Position numbers and translations under genes: made by a program. A stretch of DNA of 64,000 nt from Sarcophilus harrisii (lineage: Eukaryota). The notes beneath the pieces are model-generated. The model saw only the letters and a list, made by a program, of their open reading frames with translations. It ran no database searches and was not told the origin of the DNA. Shown piece after piece: positions 1 through 22,064 of the stretch. The stretch covers positions 125,619,754-125,683,753 of the forward strand of contig CM109174.1 of NCBI GenBank assembly GCA_048593225.1, read 5' to 3'. How positions within the stretch are numbered: the first letter of the stretch is position 1; each line of letters begins with the position of its first letter.

Positions 1-10290
<10,290 letters not shown>

Positions 10291-12089
10291 GTCGGCCCCG
10301 TGGGGGACGGGGATTGGGGCCCAGCCTAGGGTTTAGAAATAGTCTTGGAAATAGGTATTTCTATTGCTAAGGGGATATGTAGGATGGGGGTAAGAAGCTG
10401 GGTGGAGAGGGTGGGTGGGGAAATCCTTAGAACTGGTACAAGACCCCAGGTTTCCATCTCCTCCCCCATTCCTTTGTTGAGGGCAAGGCACTGCTGAGGA
10501 CCAGCAGGGGCAGAGTGGAAACTACATTTAAACACCAAAAAAGAAGTTGTCATGGCAACGGAAGAAGGGGGTGAGGAAAGATGGTCCTAGAGTTCATAAA
10601 ACTGCTGGGAATGTTCCTAAAATCCTAGAGTCTTAAAAATCACTACCCCAACCCACCTCTTTGCACCCTGACTTCCTAAGATCTCTTGGCCCTCTAAAGA
10701 TCTAGCAATTCTATTTTCCAATCCTCAGTCTCAAATTCTAAGTCTCCTTTTCCCTCCAATCTTGGGCTCTTCCCTTCTTTCCCAAAAGCTGCCCAGCTAT
10801 CCTACTGCTTCTGCTCTCTGTACCACTCCCTCTACCTCCCCCCAACCCCCATCTCTTCTACCCTGAAGGAGAACAGGAAGTGGCCAGGCCGGACACTGTG
10901 GAAATCCGGCCATTGTCAAACCCATATTCACTGGGGATTAGGGGTGGGAGAGAAGAGAAAGGGTTCTAGAAACAAGCAAGTAATGGCAAAATTACAGAAA
11001 TAAACCCCTCTGTCTTGTCTGGCTTTCAAGGTTCTCCATAATCTGAACCTGCATCTCTTACCCAGTGCATCTTTATCTCCCACTATTTCTCAAGAAGCAC
11101 TTTTCACTCCAGTCAAGCCAGTTTCTTCCCTGTCCCCACTCTGGACCCAGCTCCAGTTCCATCTCTTTAATAAAGGCCTTTCCTGGACACCCCCAACCAT
11201 CAATCACCTATCTTTTTTAAGGTCTTGGAACATGTATAATCTATCTCACATAATCTGAAACGTAATTATACTCTCCTATTGTTCTCTCTTGTTTCATGTC
11301 AGTTCCCTACTTCCCACAAGCAGATTGTAAACTCCTTGGGGCACGAAGCTATCCTATCTTCACTGAAAATACAGATTTTGTTCAAAGACTTTCTGCCTGA
11401 TCTATCTTCATCTGTAGGTCGCATAAATTTCAGCCCATCCATTTCTCTTGGTGTTCACACTAGGGACACTGTCCACCTATCATCCCACAAGTAGAGGGGC
11501 TCAACTTGCAATCCGGAGTCTGAGGGTTTCTCAGGACGTAGAGGCATGAAACAAAAACCTAGAGAAAAAATACCCTCTCCTTGTCCCTGCAAGCTCCTCT
11601 CTCCTAGACTGAGAGGGATGTCACCAAAACTATATGGGCCATCAGAAGTGAAAATTAAATTTCTCCCCACCTCAAACTCCCAAGTCTCCCTGCACGCAGC
11701 GACCCACAGCCCGAGGGCTCCAACAAAGCCAAGACTAGGCCTGGCAACTAGCCAAGTGAGAATTAGATTCCTCCCAGGCATCTCAGAGTCCAGTTCCTAG
11801 TAGGGTGCCTGGCACACAGAACTACTCCCTAATTGGCTGGTGCAAGGCAAGGTCCTTGAAGGCAAGAACTGCCTTGGTTTTCTATCTATAGAGTGCCGGG
11901 CGCATAGCCGGCAGGACCCTAATAAGCTGGACTGAGCTGCTAAGGCATCCAGGCTAAAGCCCTATAGCCGCGGAGGCCAAATGTAGGAGAAAAAGAAGGG
12001 CAAGGCAGCTGGGGTCTCCAAACTGTCCATCAAGACGCCGACAACCTCTCTATCAACTGAGGCGAGGGGGACGGAATGGGAAGGCCCGT

Positions 12090-14280
12090 CTCATTCTTCC
12101 TCTGGCCTCCTACCCCTGGCGCCCGACCCAACCCTCACCATGCCGAGCAAGAAGGGGCCCGAGGAGCTGGGAGCTGACACACGGCCAAGGGAAAGCGCTC
12201 TTCCTCCAGGGACCTCCCTCTTTTTCCCATACGGAGACAAACCCTCCAAAGGCTTCTGGCCCCCAGGCAGGAGGGATGCAGGGGACCCCACGGGCGCCCG
12301 GCATCCTCCCCGCAAGCCCGGACAAAGGAACGACACAAGAAGGCCGCCCCTCCGCTTGTACACCGGAGGGCGCCGCGCCTGCCCCTCCGCAGGAGGGCGC
12401 TCCCTCTCCGGGACAGCCGAGGTGGGGCGGGCCCAGGGTCCGGCGCTTTCTCGGGAGGCAGGACAGCTTACAGGGGAGGAGGACCACTGGCCTCCCCACA
12501 GTCACAGTTAGGTGAGGCTGCAATCCGGGGCTGCCCTCAGACAAGGGGGTGGGGTCTTACCTGGAGGGGGTCGCTACGGGGCCCCAGCGTCTCCGCCGTC
12601 GCCGCCTCCAGGAGTCCTCCAGCGGCTCCGGGACCGCCGCGAGAGGGGGAAGGACTCCCCACCCCCTCGCTGCCTCTTCCTCGGCTTTGCCCCAATCCCG
12701 GGCTGCAGCGGGGGCGGGAGGAGAGCGAAGGAGCCCCCTCCCCACCCCCCACTTCCTCGGGTGACAGGGGGGGAGCGCCCGACACTCCCCCCCACCCCCG
12801 GCGTCCTCCTGGGGATGTTCCGACGGCGAGTGACAGGCCGGCAAGTGCCTCCCGGCCGGCCTCCCCGGGCGCCCCGTGGGGCGGCGGCGGCTGGGGCGGA
12901 GGGGCGGGTGACAGCCCCGCGACCCCCACCCCCGCTCCGGCTCCCTCCTTCCCCCTCTCTCCACCAGGGGGAGGCGGGAAAGGCTGGAGCTGACCCTGCC
13001 TGCCCGCCCCTCCCTCCCTCCTTCCCTCACCGGCTCCCCTCCTGCTGCCGCTGCGGCTGCTTCTCCCGGCCTGCTGGGCTTCTCGCAGCCTTCTTCCGTT
13101 CCCTTCTTCCCTTCCCTTCCCTTCCCTGGGCTCGCCGGCCTGTCTGGCCCGCGGCGGCTGATCCCCTCTCAGTCCCCTCTGTCTGTCTCTCTCCCTGTCT
13201 CTCTCCCTCTCTCGCTTCCCCCCAGTTCCAAGATGGTGGCCGGGCGGGAGCGCGCAGGCGCGGTAGGGGAATACCGGGCCAAAGGAGGCGGGTCCTGGAG
13301 GGAGGAGCCCCAAAGGAAACCTCCCTCCCGCGCCCGCCGGCCTCGCCGCCACAGCGGGGCTCTCGCAACCCAACCAGCTTGAGGGCTCCTAGAGTGCGCG
13401 CGCGCGCGCTTCCGCCACGCGGACTCCGGATGGGAAGAGATTGGAAGGGGGCGGAGCCCAGGGCGCCAACCCCTCCCCCTCCTCTCCCCGAACCTCCCGC
13501 AGAAGGGGGAAGAGAAGACGGCAAGGGATAGGTCGCATGCGCTCACCCCGCCTCAGGTCCCAGCCTGTTGCTAGGGGAAGCTTTGAGAGGGACGGCCTAA
13601 ATAGACCCGAGACTGAGATCGACGCCTGCGCGGGAGGCACTGGGCGGGGTCAGAAGAAGTGGCGTGCCGGAGGAAGAAAAGGCGGGAAAGTGGGCTACTC
13701 AAGGAAAGAATGCCAGAAAGGGGAAAGGAATCAGAAATTCGAAAGCTGGACTCAGTTTTCCTCTCGCATTGCGCATCGAGACACTTGTGCCTGTGGGGGA
13801 GCTCGGACTAGGTTTTCGGCTCTCCCCATCCCCCAGGGAAAGCATGTGGCAAACCTTGGAGCGCTCTACGAACCTCGGGAACGAGCTTGTTGGACGTGCG
13901 TCAGCTCACCCCCAAAGATCCGGGAGTAGCCCACGTCCTCCTGCGGAGAAAAGCGCGCCTGCCTTCCCAGAGAGCACCACGCCTCTCATACCCAGGAAAA
14001 CACTCCCACTCACAGCCGGGATAACAAAGATCTTTAATGAGCCTCGGTCTCTCACCCCGCCCCTCCCGTCTGATCCCACTCCGGAGGCCGGACCGCCTAC
14101 AGCGTGCCAATCCCGGAGCTGGAAAAAGAAAGATCAGACGGCCACCTGCTGGAAAGCAAGAGCTGTGTTTCGTTCTGCTTCCGTATCCCGGGCGCCTCGC
14201 TCATGGCCTCTTCCCCAGAGCATGAGATAAGGGACTCCCAGAGGGAAGAAACATCACTGGGGGGGGGGGAGTCTGGGGAA
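12090..14280 (-). promoter_or_regulatory. TAOK2: CpG island, promoter and 5' UTR exon region of TAOK2. Extremely GC-rich with dense CpG. It contains a (GCGC)n stretch at 13390-13405, homopolymer G/C runs, and a GC-box-like ggcggg motif. The non-coding first exon or exons are not delimited.
   Basis: CpG density and composition. It lies 2-4 kb upstream (minus strand) of the ATG exon. The long overlapping ORFs on both strands here are compositional artefacts. Confidence 0.55.
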
Positions 14281-14324
14281 ACAAACACATAAGGTCGTGG
14301 TTAAAGGAGGGCTGCAAAGGAACA

Positions 14325-14478
14325 GCGCGGTGGCGCAGTGGGCACAGCACCAGCCCTGAAGTCAGGAGGACCCGAGTTCAAATATAGTCTCAGACACTTA
14401 ACGCTTCCTGGCTGTGCGACCCCGGACAAGTCACTTACCCAACTGCCCCAGCAAAAAAATAAATTTACATTAAAAAAA
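14325..14478 (+). mobile_element. Full-length marsupial tRNA-derived SINE (GGCGCAGTGG...CAGCCCTGAAGTCAGGAGGACC.GAGTTCAAAT...GTCACTTA... ending in an A-rich tail).
   Basis: Conserved A/B-box-like head and the GTCAGGAGGACCTGAGTTCAAAT core. A second near-identical copy lies at 59229-59375. Confidence 0.8.
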
Positions 14479-14714
14479 AGGTGGGGGGGGGAGCCCGGAA
14501 AGGGGCAGCTAGCTAGATAGAGTATAGGTCCAGACTTAAGAAGGGCTGGAAAAGGGTAGGGTAATCATGTTCTATCAAGTGCAGTCTACACTCAGAACAG
14601 TACACTAGGGGTCTGCTGTTGTTTTCCTTAATAATTCAGCACCACATATCTAGACACATTTAAAAGTTCCTGTTTCCCTTCAGGAACTGAAACAGACCAA
14701 TCCAAATCATGGAG

Positions 14715-14835
14715 TGAATTTGTCCACAGGATTCCTATTCTTGGGTCTCTCCCACTCTGCCTTTGTGCTTGCCATCTGCAATGGCGTACACAGAAAGCAC
14801 TCAGAAAATGTTTGCTGAATGAAGAATCCCTCTAG
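14715..14835 (-). mobile_element. MIR-like SINE fragment in the TMEM219 3' region.
   Basis: The reverse strand reads attcagcaaacattttctgagtgctttctgtgtacgccattgc, which is MIR core-like. Confidence 0.45.
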
Positions 14836-14962
14836 AAGAAGAGGGGTCTCAGGCACCCTGATCCTCACTCTTTCCCTGCCAAGTTGAACAACACGAAGGG
14901 TCTACAGAAAAGGGGGTAGAGGCTCTTACCTATAAGCAAAGTACGGTATGAACCTATTGAGT

Positions 14963-15100
14963 TTAGATATGGGCCCTCTGCCAAGACGTGTCCCAACGCG
15001 GATGGGTGCAGACTGCGGCGAAGCAGCACAGAAAGCCACAGAAGAAGAGAAGAAAGCAGCTGAAGTAGAGAAGTCGGGAACCACACAAAACGCGTTCCTC
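14963..15100 (-). CDS. TMEM219: TMEM219 coding exon 4 (C-terminal TM helix plus stop).
   Basis: Acceptor ccctcag; stop is the reverse complement of 14963-14965. Confidence 0.82.
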   Translation of the reverse strand, partial: EERVLCGSRLLYFSCFLLFFCGFLCCFAAVCTHPRWDTSWQRAHI

Positions 15101-16954
15101 CTGAGGGTCGGTAGAACAGAGGGAAAAAGATGAGATGATTTCTCCTAGACAGTTATGAATCAGGAGTTTAACAGTGGGGGGAGGGGAGAAGATAATGGGA
15201 GTGCTAAGGAAGAGGGTAGGTAGCTGGGACAAGGGAAGTAGGTCCTAAATCTCAGGAACAGACTAAGAAGAAATCATTCAGGGAATACAAACAAGCAAGA
15301 TTCACATATGATAGGGATCACAAAATGATAAAAGGAGCAAAAAGGTCTCATAATCTGGGGCTCTTACCATAGTAAGTAGCTGGGTGAGAATAAGGCCCTC
15401 ATGGCTCCAGACCTCATAACAATCTTCTGGCTTAGAACTCTCAACAACATATGGATTCACAATATCTCCCTCCCCTTCTTCTAAGCAGGATGTGGGTGGT
15501 TGGCTAGAGGGCAGGATTCTGGGAGCTGCACTGAGAACCAGGCAAGTCCCAGAGGTTTTCTCTACTGGCACCAGGGCTGTGATCAATACCAGCTCCTCTG
15601 CAGAAGAGCCTGGGGAAGGAAAAGAGATGGGAGAAAATGGGAACTTGGGAGAACACATTTTAGGGAGTTGGCAGAGTATTATTCTCTATACATGCTGATG
15701 CAGTTTTTCTACATTATTCACATTCACCTAAATATATCCAATTCAGTTAAAAAACACAGTACTTATTTAAAACTGGAAGGAACCTATAAGACCATACAAC
15801 TCAATCCCTATTAACACTGTTCCTTTTCTTTTCTTCTTGGAATCATAATCATAGAATGTCAGAATTAGAAAAAACCTTACACATCATCTACCTCTCATTT
15901 ACATTAGTAGAAATGGAGGCAAAGAGAAATGAAGATTTTAGACTTGAAGAAATAAGGCTCAGAGAGGTTGTGATTGACTCAATATCATAGTGGTCTAGTG
16001 GCAGAGCTGGGATGATTCTCACCCAACAAGTCTTCTCTTCCAACCTTATTAATAAAGTTCCATCAAAATATAACTTGGGAAAATATTTTTATATTCACTG
16101 AAGTATCCAGAACATAGTAGCTTCTCAACCAATATCATGGTCAGTGAGGTATAATGGGAAAAAATGAGCAGTTGGATTGCATGGTGACTAAGGACTTTTT
16201 GAGCTTTAACATTCTATGATTATATGAAAAAAAGGAAAGGAATACAGTGCTACTGGGAAGAGGAGGTTTCTCTATTTCCTCAGCTATGAATGAAGATAAT
16301 ATCATTTGTCTGCCCTGAGGCTTCCTTCACAGGATTTCTAATGACAGGCAAGATAATGTATATAAAGATACCCTGAAAGCTATATTCAAATGTTAGGGAT
16401 TGTTACTTCACATTCTCGGGAGAGACAGGAAAATGTTTCTAAGAAACCATGGGAAAGGAAGACTTTCAGGTCATGCCTAACCCCTCTTATCATTTTCTTC
16501 TCTCACCACTTAGACCCATTTGGTGACCATGGACAGTGGCCTGTAGTTGTTGAGTCCGGTTCTTCTTGATATCATCTCCTAAATTTAAACTAGTCAGCAG
16601 TTTTACAGTATGAGTCTCAGGTCCCGGTGGTTTCCCTGCAGCTGTCCTGTTCCAAGGGCAGAGAGTCAGCTGACCCAGAGATCTCATAAAGGAGACCCAG
16701 TCCTATGTGCAAAAAGGTGGTAAAGGGTGGTAAGATGAAAGTGACAGTTAAAACAGATCTACAGAAATAATGAGAGGGAGTAATCTCACCTGAGGGATAT
16801 CAGGATTTCGAAGCCCATCACCATGATTAAGGATAAAACCACCAAGGCCTAGACCTGAAGCCCCAAGCAGCAACAATGCAAGTGCAGCACAAACCAAAGG
16901 TGGGTGGTGTGCCAGGCAGAGCTGCAGGTTCTCTCCTGCTTGCCAGCTGCCCAT
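14963..16954 (-). CDS. TMEM219: TMEM219 gene (coding region, 4 exons, 246 aa).
   Basis: The translated exons match TMEM219, including MGSWQAGENLQLCLAHHPPLVCAALALLLLGASGLGLG...RNPDIPQ | DWVSFMRSLGQLTLCPWNRT... | ...SSAEELVLITALVPVEKTSGTCLVLSAAPRILPSSQPP...EVWSHEGLILTQLLTM | EERVLCGSRLLYFSCFLLFFCGFLCCFAAVCTHPRWDTSWQRAHI*. All junctions are GT/AG and the total of 741 nt is in frame. Confidence 0.9.
15368..15609 (-). CDS. TMEM219: TMEM219 coding exon 3.
   Basis: Acceptor ttccccag, donor gtaaga; 242 nt. Confidence 0.82.
16507..16702 (-). CDS. TMEM219: TMEM219 coding exon 2.
   Basis: Acceptor catag, donor gtgagag; 196 nt, ends in phase 1. Confidence 0.82.
16790..16954 (-). CDS. TMEM219: TMEM219 coding exon 1 (the ATG at 16954-16952 is the 23rd codon of the track ORF; a TM helix follows).
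   Basis: The homologous start is MGSW...; donor gtgaga at 16789-16784. A C10 homopolymer lies 8 nt upstream of the ATG. Confidence 0.82.
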
Positions 16955-17454
16955 AGGGAGGTGAGGGGGGGGGTAATCCTCACTCTCTGCTGAGAACCTG
17001 TCAGTGGAAGAAAAATTCAATTAAACAAAGTATGTGTTATATATCTGTTATCTGCAAAGCATTTATTATGGCTGCAAACAACTCTCCCTTCAATCTTACA
17101 TTATGTTGAGAGGTCATAGTACAAACATTTTCATAGATAAGTAAGTACAAGTTAATTTAAGGAGGGACGGAATAATCATAATAGAGTGGGGACAGAAGAG
17201 GAAGGGGATCAGCAAAAACATCCCTTAGAAAGTGACACCTGAATTTAAAAAACAGGAAACAGCTGGTCAGAGATTCAGATGAGGGTACAGGGTAAAGCAA
17301 ATATATCAATATCTTTCTAGAGGAAAGACCATTCACATTAGAATTAGGGAATTACCAATGCTTGCTCAATCCCTATCAATAAATAATTCCTGCAATTTAA
17401 ATTGCCTTAAAGGAAAAGGGGATGGAGGGGGGTGGAGAGAAGAGAAAAAGAAAA

Positions 17455-17475
17455 GAGAGGGAAGAAGGAGGAAGG

Positions 17476-17549
<74 letters not shown>

Positions 17550-17733
17550 GGAGGGAAGGAGGGAGGGAAGGAAGGAAGGAGAGACGGAGGAAAGGAGAGA
17601 GGGAAGGAGGGGAGAGAGAGGGAAGGAAGGAGGGAGGAAGGGAGAGAGACAAAGGGAGGGAGGGAGAGGGGGGAAAGGGCAGGGGGAGGGGAGGGAGGGG
17701 GAAGAGAGAGAAGGAGGGAGGGAAGGAAGGAAA

Positions 17734-17769
<36 letters not shown>

Positions 17770-17840
17770 AGGAGGAGAAGGGGAGGGACAGATGGAGGGA
17801 GGCAGAGAGTGTGAGTGTGTATGTGTGTGTGTGTTTTTGT
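17455..17840. repeat. Long polypurine/polypyrimidine microsatellite block. It contains (GA)n of about 70 bp, then (GGAA/GGGA)n, a second (GA)n, and a terminal (GT)n at 17812-17836.
   Basis: Directly visible. It generates the spurious E/R/G-rich and S/L/P-rich ORFs at 17358-17860 on both strands. Confidence 0.95.
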
Positions 17841-18329
17841 TTAAGTGGGCTGTAGGTCAAGAAGACTCGAAGGAACTGAGACTAATAATACAGGTTGAAG
17901 GAAAAGGTCTGTAAGATGACATTTCGAAGAATAGAAAGATGAGGTGTGGGAGAGAAGAGAAAGGAATAAAGTAACAATTCACATTATGGATACGTTCCAT
18001 AACACTTCCTAGTTGACAATCTTGTGGGTGCAAGTAACAGTTATCCCCATACACAGGTAAGGAAAGTGAGAGTCAAGGGGAAGTGACTCGCTCCGAGGTC
18101 ATCCCAGCAGCACTACGCCAAGGAAGGACTAGAACGTAGACTTTCAATTTCCAGATGATGGGCTCTTTTCAATATACTGGGATGCCAGTGTTGGGAGGAT
18201 AGGGGGCCGTTGGGGCGGGGTAGAACGGTACTAGGACTAAGCATCAGGAGGGGCGACGGCGGCTGGCAAGAGTGGGAAGGATTGATCCCAATAGCCTCTT
18301 TCACGCTTTAGCCTTGTAAATATAATCAG

Positions 18330-18620
18330 GTAGGGACCAATGGAACATCTGGACCAGGATGGGATTCAGCATCCGCGGCTACTTTCCTCAAAACCACGGT
18401 CCCTCTCAGGAAATTGATCTGCACTCGGAGAGCATCTCTTCCCCCAACTTCCTTTCCCCTTCTCCCATCCCTCCCAGCTCCCTCCAGGGCATAAGCTTGA
18501 GCCCCTAGCTCTCTCACCCTTTAAATGCTCAGATGAAGTCCAGAAGCCCACCTGACGTCACGCTAGGGACGAGGAAAAGGCGGACCACACATGCGCATTC
18601 GTTCCGTCCCCTAACCTTGA
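18330..18620 (-). promoter_or_regulatory. TMEM219: Putative TMEM219 upstream promoter and non-coding first exon region. It is moderately CpG-rich, with a perfect palindromic CRE TGACGTCA at 18553-18560 and an NRF1-like catgcgcat at 18586-18594.
   Basis: The motifs are seen directly. Assignment to TMEM219 is an inference from position about 1.5 kb 5' of the ATG exon. Confidence 0.3.
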
Positions 18621-19439
18621 CTGCCAATCTAAATCAACAAAAAGGTCCTAAACTGCCGATTTCCTCGGTTCCGGAAATTATGACTGGATCAAACCATTTT
18701 AATATGTAATGCAGGGGTAGAAAATAAGTTATCTTATTTCCCTCCCAAAACAGGCTATTGTCATAGAGATGGAGCCACTATGTTCAACACAAAATATCTT
18801 GCAAACTGTAGATTATCTCTGTAAATTAAAATACAGGAACTTTTATTTTACATTTGTTTCATTAAATGAGAACTCACCCCTCCTCTGGATCATACCATAT
18901 CCCCAATCTGGCCCCTCCTCGTGGTGAAGTGGTAAGTGGGTGGGATCTTCAAGCCTCACTTCTGTGCTACTTTGTAGTCTTTTGCGTCTAATTCTTTAAC
19001 CACTGCTCTCTTGTGTGAAGTTATAATCTAGACCTAAGTAACAAATAATGTCTGCTTCCCTCGGTATGCAATACAAAGACTAATAATAACAATCATAACA
19101 GAAGGAGACCCTGTTTCCGGATCAATGATTTGTATAGAGTTTACACATTTTTATATTCAAACATACTCTAAGTAATTACTCGGATAAGAGTGTACTAGAA
19201 GCTGAGGATGCAAAAACAAAATGCAAAACTTTGCCTCCAAAGAGTTTGGAATTTTCGGGGGCCGGGGAGGAAGGAGGGAAGAGAAGGGAGAGAGCATATC
19301 AATCAATCATACTTTAATTATTAAGCACCTACTGTGTGAAGAGAGATGGCATATAAACAATTTTATATAAACGATTATTTGAGTCCGGAAAGACTAATGA
19401 CTGGGCCATCAAAAAGAGTTCCAAGAAGGGGCATATCTT

Positions 19440-20365
19440 TTAAAAAAAAAATTTATTATAGCTTTTTATCTGCAAGATATAAGCATGGGTAATTTTTCAG
19501 CATTGACAATTGCAAAACCTTTTATTCCAATTTTTCCCCTCCTTCCTCCCCCCCCCCCCCACCTTCCCCTCTAGATGGCAGGTTGACTAATATATGTTAA
19601 AAGTGTTAAAGAATAAGTTAAATACAATATATGTATATATGTCCATACAGTTATTTTGCTGTAAAAAAGAATTGGACTTTGAAATAGTGTACAATTAACC
19701 TGTGAAGGAAATCAAAAATGCAGGCAGGCAAAAATAGAGGGACTGGGAATTCTACGAAGTGGTTCATACTCATCTCCCAAAGTTTTTTTCACTGGGTGGA
19801 GCTGGTTCAATTCATTACTGCTCTATTGGAGCTGATTTGGTTCATCTCATTGATAAAGATGGCCACGTCCATCAGAATTGATCATCATATAGTATTGCTG
19901 TTGAAGTATATAATAATCTCCTGGTCCTGCTCATTTCACTTAGCATAAGTTCACATAAGTCTCTCCAGGCCTTTCTGAAATCATCCACTGGTCATTTCTT
20001 ACAGAACAGTAATATTCCATAGTATTCATATACCACAATTTATTCAGCCATTGTCCAATTGATGGACATCCACTCAGTTTCCAGTTTCTGGCCACTACAA
20101 AGAGAGCTGCCACAAACATTTTTGCACATGTGGGTCCTTTTCCCTTCTTTAAGGTCTCTTTGGGAGATAAGTCCAATAGCAACACTACTGGATCAAAGGG
20201 TATGCACAGTCTGATGACTTTTTGAGCATAGATCCAAATTGCTCTCCAGAATGGCTGGATGTATTCATAATTCCACCAACAATGTATCAGTGTCCCAGTT
20301 TTCCCACATCCCCTCCAACATTCCGCATTATCTTTCCCTGTCATTCTAAAAAGGGGCATATCTTA
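19440..20365 (-). mobile_element. L1 (LINE-1) 3' fragment, carrying the ORF2 C-terminus and 3' UTR.
   Basis: ORF 19940..20359 (-) reads ...TGKDNAECWRGCGKTGTLIHCWWNYEYIQPFWRAIWIYAQKV...MFVAALFVVARNWKL..., the L1 ORF2p C-terminal domain. Confidence 0.85.
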
Positions 20366-20549
20366 AAGGAAACCTGAAGTATTAGGGAGCAGAGGTGAGG
20401 AGCAAGTGCATTCCAGATGTATGAACAACTCATTCAAAAGCACAAAGTTGGGGTGGGGGATGACCGGGATTACCAAGATCAGTGAACAGCGCTAAGGACA
20501 AACCAGCATCCCTGCAATCTAACAGCAGGCTTTGGACAGTTAAAAAAAA

Positions 20550-20612
20550 ATTTATATGCACATACCTATGTATATACATATATACATATACATGTATATA
20601 TGAAGAGAATTT
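20550..20612. repeat. Low-complexity (TATACATA)n-like simple repeat.
   Basis: Direct. Confidence 0.8.
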
Positions 20613-21424
20613 TTTTTTAAGAGAATTCTTGGGACTTCTGGCCAAGATGGCGGAGAGGACACACACATCTACTTAATCTCCGTCTTTGCTCTCAGAATTT
20701 ATCTCATGACAGGGCCTCAGAATTAGTGTTTGACTGCCAAAACAAAACCAAAACACAAATAATTACCAACAGAAGACATCCTTGAAATTCACCAGAAAAG
20801 GTCTGTTTTTGCTCCAGGGTGGGGATGGTTAGATTGGGCACAGACTGAAGGCAGGCATCAAGAGCATGGCAGACAGTGAGAGTACAAAGCTGACTGAGGC
20901 GGGTGGGGTATGATCGCAGCCATTTCTTCAGGGAAATCTTTTACCACAGTGGGACTACTTTGCCCTGGCAGCAAACCAGAGGAATTGTAAACACAGGAGG
21001 TAAAGACTATAACCCTGAAAAGCTAGAGTCTTTGGGGACCTGCTACACCCACCCAGAGTGTCTCAGCATGCTCTCAGATTCTCAGAGTGTAGAAGCAGCG
21101 CAGCCTATTGCTGTCCTGCTCGTGCCTCACTGCTGCCCCTGCAGTCTTCTGAGGAAGCTCGGTAATACCATCCAGCCCCATCCCTCCAAAAAAAAAAAAA
21201 AATGTGTTTTGCTAGTTTGTTTTCTTTGATTCTTCATTGACAAAATGAGCAAAAAATTAAAATGAACTCTAACTATTGATAGCTTCTTTATGGATAGAGA
21301 GCAGACTTTAAAACCTGAGGAGACTAAAAACAGACTGTCTCCAGATATCAAAAGGGAATATGATCTGGTCCTCAATACACAGGACTCAATACACAGGATT
21401 TTGTATACACAAATCATACAGCTA

Positions 21425-21560
21425 GCACAGGATAGTGAGAAGGGCCATTTTCCAAGCATATGCCCATAGAGTATTGTCCAATTGGTAGTTAGCCTTAAGT
21501 GCTTGGCTGTCCTGACCTCAGTGCATTGACTCAAGAGTTTCAAGCCCATTATATCTCCCG
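21425..21560. repeat. ERV terminal direct repeat, left copy (the 3' LTR-like segment relative to the minus-strand provirus).
   Basis: gcacaggatagtgagaagggccattttccaagcatatgcccatagagtattgtccaattggtagttagccttaagtgcttggctgtcctgacctcagtgcattgactcaagagtttcaagcccatta matches 27857-27984 with a few substitutions. Confidence 0.7.
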
Positions 21561-21589
21561 CTTTCTTTTGTTTTAGAACACAGGTGGTC

Positions 21590-21760
21590 ATGCCATCCCT
21601 GACCTCTCAGGGAGGTGAGAACCCCAAAAAGGAGGCAATCATGCCCTTTCTGACTTCTCAAGAAAGGAGGTGAAAACACCGAAAAGGAGGTGATCACGCC
21701 CCCCCCCCCAACATCTCAGGAAGGGAGATGAAAAGCGCCAAAGGGAAGTGGAGATTGCTA
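21590..21760. repeat. Three tandem copies of a ~48 bp unit (ctcaggga/aggaggtgaraac.ccaaaaaggaggyratca.gccc).
   Basis: Direct comparison of 21594-21640, 21645-21700 and 21708-21760. Confidence 0.7.
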
Positions 21761-22064
21761 GCGGGTTTCTGGGCTGAAGGATCTTATTAGAAACAGGTAT
21801 GCACAAACCCATCAGCAAGTGAGGTATTACACAAGCACATAGCAATAATGCACAGGCTATTAGTGGTGACTCTCCCCACATGAATTTTACATGAATTGTA
21901 AATGCAAGTAGTGGTATAACAAACAATATAAATCCATATGGTGTTGTAAAAGATTTCCAGAAGTCCTAGAAGGAGGGTATGTCAACAACAGTCACACATA
22001 TGCCTTCTTCAGCATCCAAGAGATAGTCCAAAACCAATTTATTGTCCATTGCTTCACTTGTCAT

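Noticed and set aside
12512-13531. Long ORFs on both strands in the TAOK2 CpG island (for example, 339 aa on the plus strand, 278 aa and 165 aa on the minus strand; Pro/Arg/Gly-rich).
   Set aside because: They are mutually overlapping in several frames and of extreme GC composition and low complexity, with no homology to any protein I recognise. This is a typical CpG-island artefact. The region is TAOK2 promoter and 5' UTR.
17358-17860. ORFs of 165 aa and 164 aa on opposite strands, rich in E/R/G or S/L/P.
   Set aside because: They are translations of the (GA)n/(GGAA)n microsatellite, not genes.
20430-20676. Paired ORFs on both strands over a TATACATA-type simple repeat.
   Set aside because: Low-complexity repeat translation.
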